From the NCBI GenBank assembly GCA_041640575.1, contig JBEPZZ010000026.1, positions 1-23,574 of the forward strand: a stretch of 23,574 bases of DNA. Reading direction: 5' to 3'. Source of the stretch: Pseudothermotoga sp. (GTDB taxonomy: Bacteria > Thermotogota > Thermotogae > Thermotogales > DSM-5069). Under the pieces are notes generated by a model. That model searched no databases. It saw only the letters and a program-made list of their open reading frames with translations, and was not told the origin of the DNA. Shown one piece after another: positions 11,738-19,323 of this stretch. Within the stretch, counting starts at the first letter, position 1. Every line of letters begins with the position of its first letter. The position numbers were made by a program, and so were the translations under genes.

Positions 11738-12564
11738 TGTTTCCCCTCAATTCCGAATAGCATCGCCGCATTCTTGTACATTATGAAGTCGATTTCCTCT
11801 CGAGAAAGTCCCAGCGATCTTAAAGCATCATACCAACTATATACTTCAGTGTACATTTTTTCAATAGTGCTGTCTGTACCAAAGACCAATTTCCTTGTTG
11901 ATATGTCCTTTTTTATGTAACCACCTTCAACGATGTGTCTCCGTACAATTTCTCCTCCAGATAAATCGAAAAAGACAAATCTTCTCCACCTAGCAATAGC
12001 GCACGAGATATGATATTCCGGCCATCCAAGATGCGCACCTATAATTTTCAGTCTGGGAAAAGTATTAGCTATTGTATCGAGGTATACCGATCTCATCCTT
12101 GCAGAGGACTTTTTCTCAAGTAATCTTACGAAAAACGATTGTGGAACTTCTTCAAAAGGATCTGCATTGTCCACTAAATAATCCACAGGTCCACCTATTA
12201 TACCAGTATGAAAAAGTATCACCATATTGTTTTCCTCAGCTTGTTCATAAAATGGGAAATAATCAGGATTATCGTAATCTTTCTCCGTAAGTATTACCTT
12301 TAAACCTTTAAAACCAATTTTGGCGTATTGTTTAACATACTCTGGGGGATCTTTATCGAGATTTATCCAAGCCAAACCTAAGAACAAATCTGGGTAATCT
12401 CTAAATGCTCTTTCTACAAGGTGATTTGCACCTTCTGTGCCAATCAACACTATCTTACGTACATTACAATCCTGCGCATACTTGAGTAATTTATTCAATC
12501 TAGTTTCATATTCACTTTCAGATCGCACAAAATGAACATGACAATCAAAGATTCTTTCTAACAT
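11734..12564 (-). CDS. Metal-dependent amidohydrolase (Amidohydro_2-like TIM barrel), substrate unknown
   Basis: DCHVH (HxH), GFKGLK, FHTG, FPRLKIIGAHLG, FDLS, VFGTD; RBS GGAGTGA. Confidence 0.85.
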   Translation of the reverse strand: MLERIFDCHVHFVRSESEYETRLNKLLKYAQDCNVRKIVLIGTEGANHLVERAFRDYPDLFLGLAWINLDKDPPEYVKQYAKIGFKGLKVILTEKDYDNPDYFPFYEQAEENNMVILFHTGIIGGPVDYLVDNADPFEEVPQSFFVRLLEKKSSARMRSVYLDTIANTFPRLKIIGAHLGWPEYHISCAIARWRRFVFFDLSGGEIVRRHIVEGGYIKKDISTRKLVFGTDSTIEKMYTEVYSWYDALRSLGLSREEIDFIMYKNAAMLFGIEGKQ

Positions 12565-12575
12565 TGCATCACTCC

Positions 12576-12603
12576 AAAAATGTGCGGCGCTTGGCGCCGC
12601 ACA
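12576..12603 (-). terminator. Intra-operonic hairpin (partial terminator or mRNA stabiliser) after the SBP gene
   Basis: Perfect 10-bp GC-rich stem TGTGCGGCGC/GCGCCGCACA (12581-12590 and 12594-12603) with a 3-nt loop, followed by TTTTT on the minus strand. Confidence 0.75.
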
Positions 12604-12606
12604 AAT

Positions 12607-13851
12607 TTACCATCTACCACCCTGTTGTATCATTTTTGTTACTTCTTTTGTCACATATTCCAAAACTTCAACAACACTCTTTTGGCCGGTCCACACATAA
12701 TCGAGTTCACGAGTAATATATTCAAAGATTTCCCACCAGTTTGGTATTTGAGGAAATTTGACACCAAAGCTTGTTTCAGTAAAGAATATGAGCCTCTCTT
12801 GTTCACTCGGTGGGTTGCTGATGAAAGCTTTGACAGTTTCTGGTGTCCTCATTGCTGGGACCGCATCTCCACTTTTAGCAAAAATTGACTGACCTTCTGG
12901 TCCACACAAAAATTCCATGAATTTCCAAGCAGCTTCTTTATTTTTAGATTTTGCATACATAACAAAGCCAGCACCACCAAGTGTATTTGTCCTTGTCACC
13001 TGATATGGAAGAGGAGCTACGCCAAATCGCAAGTTTCTGTTTGTGAGAAAGGAAGCAATTTGGGCCGCGTTCGAAAGCACCATCGCTACTCGTCCCGTCG
13101 TAAAGAGCTCAGCCGCTGAACCAAGCTGTGCTAGTTCGGCGATCGAAGGTGTCACTTTGTAACTAAGTATCATATCCGCGAGAAACTGAATGGCTTCAAC
13201 TGCTGCTCTCTCATTCAATGTACACTTTGTTGGTGAATCATAATTATCAACGATTTTACCACCATTCATGTGTATCCAAAGATGCCATTTGTTTCTTTCG
13301 AGAACTACTCCCCACTGTGTTACCCTACCTCTAGAATCTACTTTGGTAAGCTTTCTTGCAGCATCAAGAAATTTTTGCCAGTCCCATGAATAGTCTGGAT
13401 ACGGAATCCCAGCTTCATCAAAGAGCAATTTGTTGTAAAAGAGAACGGTAGTATCGTTATCTCTTGGGAAGCCGTAAATCTTTCCGCGATAAGTGAAGGT
13501 ACTTAGAAGTTCTTGATTGTAACTTTCTACCGGAAATTTTGACTTTTCGATATACGGTGTTAGGTCCTCCAAAACTCCTTTGCTTGCCCAACTTGGTATG
13601 GTGTGCAAGAACATAACATCTGGCGCGTCTTCGGCAGCCATCATGGCTTGAATTTTGTCAAAGTAGGTTGACCATGGATAGTTTATGATTTCGACTTGAA
13701 TGCCAGGATTCTTCTTCATGAAGGTTCTAACAATCTCTTCATATGGTGGTAGCTCAGCAGGTGAACCCCAGAAAGAAAACCGAATCTTTTCGGCAAAAAG
13801 GAGTGTCATGGCTGATAGAACAATGAGAATTGCTACCAGTAACCTCTTCAT
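12607..13851 (-). CDS. Sugar ABC transporter substrate-binding protein (SBP family 1)
   Basis: Signal peptide MKRLLVAILIVLSAMTLLFA, then FMKKNPGIQVEI, APDV, LEDLTPYI, LFYNKLLFDEAG, FTTGRVAM, KEAAWKFMEFL. ATG at 13851 after a GAGGGGG RBS. Confidence 0.92.
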   Translation of the reverse strand: MKRLLVAILIVLSAMTLLFAEKIRFSFWGSPAELPPYEEIVRTFMKKNPGIQVEIINYPWSTYFDKIQAMMAAEDAPDVMFLHTIPSWASKGVLEDLTPYIEKSKFPVESYNQELLSTFTYRGKIYGFPRDNDTTVLFYNKLLFDEAGIPYPDYSWDWQKFLDAARKLTKVDSRGRVTQWGVVLERNKWHLWIHMNGGKIVDNYDSPTKCTLNERAAVEAIQFLADMILSYKVTPSIAELAQLGSAAELFTTGRVAMVLSNAAQIASFLTNRNLRFGVAPLPYQVTRTNTLGGAGFVMYAKSKNKEAAWKFMEFLCGPEGQSIFAKSGDAVPAMRTPETVKAFISNPPSEQERLIFFTETSFGVKFPQIPNWWEIFEYITRELDYVWTGQKSVVEVLEYVTKEVTKMIQQGGRW

Positions 13852-13870
13852 GAAAATCCCCCCTCTTAAA

Positions 13871-13890
13871 AAAGTGTTCACAAACAGTTT
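13871..13890. promoter_or_regulatory. Candidate operator (imperfect palindrome) for the divergent ROK repressor
   Basis: AAAGTGTTCACAAACAGTTT fits AAAnTGTT-N4-AACAnTTT and overlaps the predicted -10/+1 of the ABC operon promoter. Confidence 0.45.
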
Positions 13891-13915
13891 ATCATTATTC
13901 AACAACTTTTGTCAA
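13886..13915 (-). promoter_or_regulatory. Sigma70-type promoter of the sugar ABC operon
   Basis: Minus strand TTGACA (13915-13910), 18-nt spacer, TAAACT (13891-13886) preceded by TGn (extended -10). Confidence 0.6.
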
Positions 13916-13981
13916 GGGTTGAAAAAAGTCAGTATAGATTTACGTTTTCTGAGTGATAAAATAAATTAAGGTGATAAATCT

Positions 13982-15022
13982 GTGAGAATTAGAAACAGTC
14001 TACACATCAAGAAAAATAATTTAAGACTTATTTTGAGAACACTCATAAGAAACCAAGGTATTACACAGTCGGAAATAGCTCGGATGCATGGCGTCGGAGT
14101 ATCAACAATTTCTCAAATATTGAACCCTTTGATGTACAAAGGAATTGTTGTAAGAAAAGCTTATGGCCAGTCTTCTGGTGGGCGGCGCCCAGCATTATTA
14201 ACACTAAATACTGATGCGGCCCTCACCGTGTGTATAGACCTATCGTCACATCAAGGTAACGCTGCTTTGATTGATTGTGGGCTCAACATTAGAAAAAGTT
14301 TTAACTTTGAATTTTTAGACGATAAAAGAATCGCGTTGACTCAGCTGGCTGGAGTTATCTCTTCTCTTGCGGGTGAGGCTTCTGATCATAAGATCCTAGG
14401 TGCTTGTGTTGCCATCTCTGGAGTACCAAGTCCAAAAACCGGCGAAATAAACAGCAGCCTTATGAACTCGCTTGTTGGATTACCAGTTTCAGCTTTGCTT
14501 AGTGAGCAGTTAAAAGTGAAAGTTTATGTTGAAAATGATGCCAATCTGTCAGCGATAGGTGAGTTTATGCTGTTAAGAGAAAACATAAAGAACATGTTTT
14601 ACATTCACATGGGAGAAGGCCTAGGTGGTGGAATCATAATTGACGGAGATATTTTCACGGGAGACGACGGATACAGTGGTGAAATAGGAAGATTGATCTA
14701 CTGTGCTGATAAAATGGTAACTGTTGGTGAAATTTATGAAAGATCATTTACCGAAAAAGACAGCAGCATTAGGGATGAAATCATGAAAAAAGTAATTCTC
14801 ACTGTAATATCTAACATTCGTTGCACCCTTGACATAAGAAACTATGTTATTGGTGGAAAATATGCTACCTTTGATGAATCAACTTTGAAAGAGATCGAAC
14901 AGTCTGTCAGAAACATTTTCTACGGTTTTGATGTCAAAATTACAAAGTCAAAAAATCCAACAAAATCTGTCCTTCTAGGATGCGCACAGTTCATATTGGA
15001 AAACGAAATCTTTCGACTTTGA
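13982..15022 (+). CDS. ROK-family (XylR/NagC-like) transcriptional repressor
   Basis: N-terminal HTH (ITQSEIARMHGVGVSTISQI), SSGGRR linker, VYVENDANLSAIGE, GEGLGGGIIIDG, GYSGEIG. GTG start after AAGGTGA, with TGnTAAAAT at 13954-13962. Confidence 0.9.
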   Translation: MRIRNSLHIKKNNLRLILRTLIRNQGITQSEIARMHGVGVSTISQILNPLMYKGIVVRKAYGQSSGGRRPALLTLNTDAALTVCIDLSSHQGNAALIDCGLNIRKSFNFEFLDDKRIALTQLAGVISSLAGEASDHKILGACVAISGVPSPKTGEINSSLMNSLVGLPVSALLSEQLKVKVYVENDANLSAIGEFMLLRENIKNMFYIHMGEGLGGGIIIDGDIFTGDDGYSGEIGRLIYCADKMVTVGEIYERSFTEKDSSIRDEIMKKVILTVISNIRCTLDIRNYVIGGKYATFDESTLKEIEQSVRNIFYGFDVKITKSKNPTKSVLLGCAQFILENEIFRL

Positions 15023-15660
15023 AATGATAGATGAATATGAGATTCAAGTACTGCTAAGAAATTTCTTCTAGTCATCTAATTTCTTGGCTGATCTACAAGC
15101 TTTTTCCTACATTTATAAGCGAAAATACCATATTAGGCAAACAGCTGCCAATTTACTTGACCTACAAATGATCTTACTATGTCGGGTCTGATTAGTGATC
15201 TTTGCAGAACACTATATTCCATAGTAATCTTCAAAACAATATTTCCGAAAAATGGAAATACTTGCTTATACCTGATATGCACCAATCTTAAAGAACCAAA
15301 TTTCGCAGCAAAATTGCTAGTCTATAATTCATAGAGAAAATTTTTGGGAATTAACATGTTAATCAATTTCTTTCAAGCTTTTTGAAATTCTAAATCTTGT
15401 TTCTAGTTTTGAAAGAATGCATACTGCAAGTGGGGTCATCTAACACAAAATTGTTACATTGATCCGTACGCATTGATAACTGGCCGAAACCACTTGAGCA
15501 TTAAACAGAGAATGTGAAAAATATTCTGCTAAGATTAGGCGAATTTATATCACTTATAAAATGCTTTTTTAAGATACTACTGTTCAGAATTAGCGAAAAG
15601 GAAAAAAACAGATCGGTTATAATTTCTGAAACATATGTGAGCGGTGAAACAAACGTTCTT
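15023..15660. other. 638-bp AT-rich non-coding gap between convergent genes, with several inverted repeats
   Basis: No credible CDS. Inverted repeats at 15240-15260, 15350-15363, 15368-15417 and 15427-15496. Confidence 0.5.
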
Positions 15661-16386
15661 TTACCATTTTACCTTCAGAAACTTTGCAAACTCATGGACT
15701 ACTTCCAAAAATTTATGACTCGTCAACCATTCTTCCCAGCCCATCTTTTTGTATATTTTCGCAACAAGCCAGGGATAATTAAGTCTGTCAAGAGTTACCG
15801 TGTCAACTATTTTTGCGAGCGTTCCTGCCAAATTTCTTGGATTCATCGGCAACACTGGGCCAACGAAAATATTCGTCTTGATATCGTGCTTCTTAAGTAT
15901 CTTAACCAATTCAATTCTTTCCCCAATAGGGCTAGCTCCTGGTTCGAGAATTCCTCTCACCTGTTCTGAATCAGTTGTGATTACAACAGTAACTTCTGCA
16001 TCCCTTAACAACTCAATATCCCTGATGACAAGTACTGACTTAGTCATCACACGAAAATCACGCCAATGGGAAACCAAGATTTCAAGCACTTTCCTTGTGA
16101 TTTGATATTTTCTCTCAGCATGTTGATATGGATCACAAACACTTGACAAAAAGAATCTCCCGCTGGCCTTGGGCAATTGTTTTTCTAGAACCTGTGGGAG
16201 GTTCACTTTCACCCATATATCTTTTCCCCAAGTTCCTCGCATTTGTTTAAAGGAACCTATGAATCTTGCGTAACAATATTTACATGCATGAGTACAACCA
16301 ATAAATGGATTTATGGAATACTCCGCAACTGGGATCTCAGTTCTATTAAAGGCTTTTTTACAAGCAATTTCATATACCAACTTCAA
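15661..16386 (-). CDS. Radical SAM protein, SplB (spore photoproduct lyase)-like family
   Basis: YSINPFIGCTHACKYCYA (CxxxCxxC), VKVN, SSVCDPYQHAE, TKS, LEPGAS...ER, GPVLP; TTG start. Confidence 0.88.
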   Translation of the reverse strand: MKLVYEIACKKAFNRTEIPVAEYSINPFIGCTHACKYCYARFIGSFKQMRGTWGKDIWVKVNLPQVLEKQLPKASGRFFLSSVCDPYQHAERKYQITRKVLEILVSHWRDFRVMTKSVLVIRDIELLRDAEVTVVITTDSEQVRGILEPGASPIGERIELVKILKKHDIKTNIFVGPVLPMNPRNLAGTLAKIVDTVTLDRLNYPWLVAKIYKKMGWEEWLTSHKFLEVVHEFAKFLKVKW

Positions 16387-16635
16387 TCACTCAGTTCAAG
16401 GATAACAGAAAGCGATTCATAATGGAAGTTACAACCTGACTAGCACTAGTGTTGTTGGCACTTAAACCATAGGTTCTCGTTTGGTTCTCCGAGAGTAAGC
16501 AACTTTTTCATTCACAAAAAATTCAATTTTAATCCGGCAAGGAATACCAATTTCGTTCCCAATTAGCTTGAGAATGTTACTAAGACTAACTGATTTACTC
16601 TCAACCATTCATAAAACAGCATAAACGCAATTGAA

Positions 16636-16644
16636 TGCTAAAAT
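16636..16644 (+). promoter_or_regulatory. Candidate extended -10 promoter element for the ribokinase operon
   Basis: TGCTAAAAT (TGn-TAAAAT) lies just upstream of the GGAGG RBS (16654-16658). No good -35 element. Confidence 0.4.
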
Positions 16645-16665
16645 TTTTAGTTGGGAGGGACCAGA

Positions 16666-17568
16666 TTGATAGCTGTAGTTGGAAGCACCAACGTTGATTT
16701 TGTTGTAAAAGTGAAGAATTTCACACGACCAGCACAAACTCAAACTTGCCTTTCATTTGAAAGATTCAGTGGCGGAAAGGGCGCAAATCAAGCTGTTGCT
16801 TGTAAAAGAGCGGGAGCCGATGTTTATTTTTTGACTTGCACTGGAAATGACTTCAATGGTCAATTTGTCAGAGAGAAACTTCTCGAAGCTGGCATCAGGG
16901 AAGGTATTGAAATAGTGGATGCTCCGAATGGTTTTGCTCTGATAGAAGTTACACTTGAAGGAAAAAATAGAATCATAATATACCCTGGCTCAAATCAGAT
17001 GCTGAATCCAGACATTCTAAGCAAAAGAATCGGCGAGCTCCTGAGATGTGACATCTTGCTTTTGCAAAATGAGATACCTTTTGAAACCACCTTTCAAGCC
17101 GCAAAATTATTCAAGCAAAATGGAGGCTTAGTCATCTTCGACCCAGCACCTGCGGATGGTATAGACAGGAAGATTTTTGAATACGTCGATATCATTACAC
17201 CAAACGAAGTCGAAGCAAAATTCTTGACTGGCGAAACTAAAAAAGAGAAGATTGTAAAAAAACTTCTGAATTATGGATGTGGTAATGTGCTCCTAAAACT
17301 GGGAGATAAAGGTTGTTTCTTTACTGGGAATCTTGGTCAATATGAAATTCCTGCATTCCAGGTTGAAGCAGTTGATACAACTGCAGCAGGCGATATTTTC
17401 AATGGAGTGTTTGCGGCAGAGTTCGGTAGAACTAAGGATATGAAAAGATCTCTCATCTTTGCAACAGCGGCTGCTGCTATAAGTGTTACAAGAATGGGTG
17501 CACAAAGCTCGATACCTGCTTACAGCGAAATACTTGATTTCTTGAGAACTAAGAACATCCAATTTTAG
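16666..17568 (+). CDS. rbsK: Ribokinase (PfkB family)
   Basis: VVGSTNVD, GGKGANQAVA, NRIIIYPGSN, LLQNEIP, DPAPA, TPNEVEA, VDTTAAGDIFNG, GAQSSIP. TTG at 16666 lies 7 nt after GGAGG. Confidence 0.88.
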   Translation: MIAVVGSTNVDFVVKVKNFTRPAQTQTCLSFERFSGGKGANQAVACKRAGADVYFLTCTGNDFNGQFVREKLLEAGIREGIEIVDAPNGFALIEVTLEGKNRIIIYPGSNQMLNPDILSKRIGELLRCDILLLQNEIPFETTFQAAKLFKQNGGLVIFDPAPADGIDRKIFEYVDIITPNEVEAKFLTGETKKEKIVKKLLNYGCGNVLLKLGDKGCFFTGNLGQYEIPAFQVEAVDTTAAGDIFNGVFAAEFGRTKDMKRSLIFATAAAAISVTRMGAQSSIPAYSEILDFLRTKNIQF

Positions 17569-17581
17569 GAGGCGAGAAACT

Positions 17582-18571
17582 ATGAAATTCGGAGTAAGTT
17601 ATTTTGGAAACAGAATGTCTTGGCATATCAGAGAAGATTTGGAGACTTTGAAAAAAGCTGGTTTTACAACAATAGTTCACACTTACAGTGAAAATGATTT
17701 TCAATTTTACAGAGGTACTATGAAAGAAATAGCAAGAATTAGCAAAGAACTTGGGTTTGAGATCTGGGCAGACCCCTGGGGTTGGGGTGGTATCTTCGGT
17801 GGGGAAGCTTTCAGCGGATTTCTTCAAATGAATATGGATGAAGCTCAAGTTGGAAATGATGGAAAAGCAAGAGGCTCGGTTTGCTTTCGATCCGAAAAAT
17901 TTCGAGCATACATGAAACAATGGATAGATGCTGTTAAAGATGCTGACTTTGATGCCATATTCTGGGATGAACCACACTTTTTCGTTCCTGTTCCTTACAG
18001 CAACTTTCCATCAATCTGGACTTGCAGATGCCATAGATGCCAAGAAGCTTTTAAGAACAAATATGGTTACGAGATGCCAGTTTCATACAACATAGACATA
18101 TCGGAATTCCGCCATGAAACAGGTCTCGAGTTCTTTACGGAGATAACTTTTTATGCAAAGAAAATAGGTCTAAAGAACATTGTCTGCTTTTTGCCAAAGG
18201 AAGATGAAATATTTGGGATAAAAAACTTCGAAAGCGTTGCGGCGCTCCAAACAATAGATAACATCGGTACTGATCCATATTGGATAGCCTTTAATATGCC
18301 GATGGAACCTTTTGTGTACAATTCGACAAAAAGAATAAAGGATATCTCGGAAAAATATTCTAAGGACAGTCATATGTGGATTCAGGCATTTAAGGTCCCC
18401 AAAGCTAGGGAAGAAGAGCTGAAAAAAGGTTTTAAAATTATGCAATCTCTTGGAATGCAGCATATCCTCTTTTGGGGGGTTTATGCCTGCAAGCATATGA
18501 GCCATATTGCACCTGAAGATCCAGACAAAACATGGCAAGTTGTTCTGAAAATAGTTTCAGACAGCAAATAA
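17582..18571 (+). CDS. Uncharacterised TIM-barrel glycoside-hydrolase-like protein with CxCxxC motif
   Basis: Strong RBS AGGAGG. Alternating beta/alpha pattern: GVSYF, EDLETLKKAGF, DAIFWDEPH, CRCHRCQEAFKNKYG, GTDPY, WIQAF. No signal peptide. Family assignment is inference. Confidence 0.6.
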   Translation: MKFGVSYFGNRMSWHIREDLETLKKAGFTTIVHTYSENDFQFYRGTMKEIARISKELGFEIWADPWGWGGIFGGEAFSGFLQMNMDEAQVGNDGKARGSVCFRSEKFRAYMKQWIDAVKDADFDAIFWDEPHFFVPVPYSNFPSIWTCRCHRCQEAFKNKYGYEMPVSYNIDISEFRHETGLEFFTEITFYAKKIGLKNIVCFLPKEDEIFGIKNFESVAALQTIDNIGTDPYWIAFNMPMEPFVYNSTKRIKDISEKYSKDSHMWIQAFKVPKAREEELKKGFKIMQSLGMQHILFWGVYACKHMSHIAPEDPDKTWQVVLKIVSDSK

Positions 18572-18628
18572 TGACTACTCTAGAAATGCATGAGAATTCA
18601 ACAGCAGCTTTCTCAAAACTAATAACTA

Positions 18629-19321
18629 CTAGAAAATCCTCATACTAGCATTTTGCCCAGGAGTTTTGTCATAGCATTCTATCGGCCAGAACCTGTAAGC
18701 ATATTTGTACCTATCGATTTTAGTTTCTGGATTTCTTGGTATGTGAAAAAGATCATGAATTGCAACTACATATCTATAGAATATGTCATTGTTGTCAATT
18801 AATTCAGCTACAACATTAAACATGACGCTGTACCCGCTTGTTTGATCATAAAACAAAAGGGTTGACCTGGGATCTTTCAAAATGTTTTCATAGCTTCTTT
18901 TGTAGTACATCTCTATGCTTGACAAGAATCTTCTATCAAATATATCTGGATTGCTGTATAGTTCTATCAAGAATTGAACTCTTTCTTTAAAGGTATCAGC
19001 GGCACCGTAATTCCTTGCTTTTTCGATAAGTTCCAAAGCTTTTGCACTCAACGATTCCAGATATTCAGCCTTCGGGACCAATCCCAATCCTTTAATACAG
19101 CAGTTAATTGTGAATCCCTCTCGCGCGCTTTTTGTTGCCAAAACCGCAGTGTGCGTCGAAAAATTTGGTACGCCTTTTTCTTCTCCAATGAGTATTCTCA
19201 AACTTTTCAATCTTGTACTCAATTGCCAGCTGAAGAAAGAATCATCAAGAAATTTTGGCTGTTCCTGAAAAGTTTTTCCTTCCACTTCAAAATTCAAAAT
19301 ACCATTCTCGAATTTAACCAT
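18629..19321 (-). CDS. Hypothetical protein, probable pyridoxamine-5'-phosphate-oxidase-like FMN-binding split barrel
   Basis: RBS AGGGAGG, 2 nt downstream of the permease stop. VLAT near the N-terminus and KRSYENILKDPRSTLLFY resemble the split-barrel 'NI..NP.V.L.F' signature. Confidence 0.55.
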   Translation of the reverse strand: MVKFENGILNFEVEGKTFQEQPKFLDDSFFSWQLSTRLKSLRILIGEEKGVPNFSTHTAVLATKSAREGFTINCCIKGLGLVPKAEYLESLSAKALELIEKARNYGAADTFKERVQFLIELYSNPDIFDRRFLSSIEMYYKRSYENILKDPRSTLLFYDQTSGYSVMFNVVAELIDNNDIFYRYVVAIHDLFHIPRNPETKIDRYKYAYRFWPIECYDKTPGQNASMRIF

Positions 19322-19323
19322 GT

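Noticed and set aside
15133..15321. About 60 stop-free codons on the minus strand (..NFAAKFGSLRLVHIRYKQ..QLFA)
   Set aside because: No RBS-supported start and no recognisable similarity; compatible with chance.
15427..15496. Hammerhead ribozyme (GTC near the 5' stem and GGCCGAAAC near the 3' stem)
   Set aside because: The CUGAUGA core is absent (closest is TTGATAA, with no room for stem II) and stem III would need a 2-nt bulge.
15023..15660. CRISPR array, riboswitch, tRNA, tmRNA or IS element in the gap
   Set aside because: No regularly spaced repeats, no recognisable aptamer consensus or cloverleaf, no transposase or terminal inverted repeats.
15514..15969. 151-aa plus-strand ORF starting in the gap
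   Set aside because: About two thirds is antisense to the radical SAM gene; no clear RBS or motif.
13866..16517. Rex-like TTCACAA half-sites near 13877 and 16511
   Set aside because: The partner TTGTGAA half-site is missing or poor in both cases.
18572..18628. Bidirectional terminator between the convergent GH-like and split-barrel genes
   Set aside because: Only a weak 6-bp AT-rich stem (TGAGAA/TTCTCA) with a 13-nt loop; not enough support.
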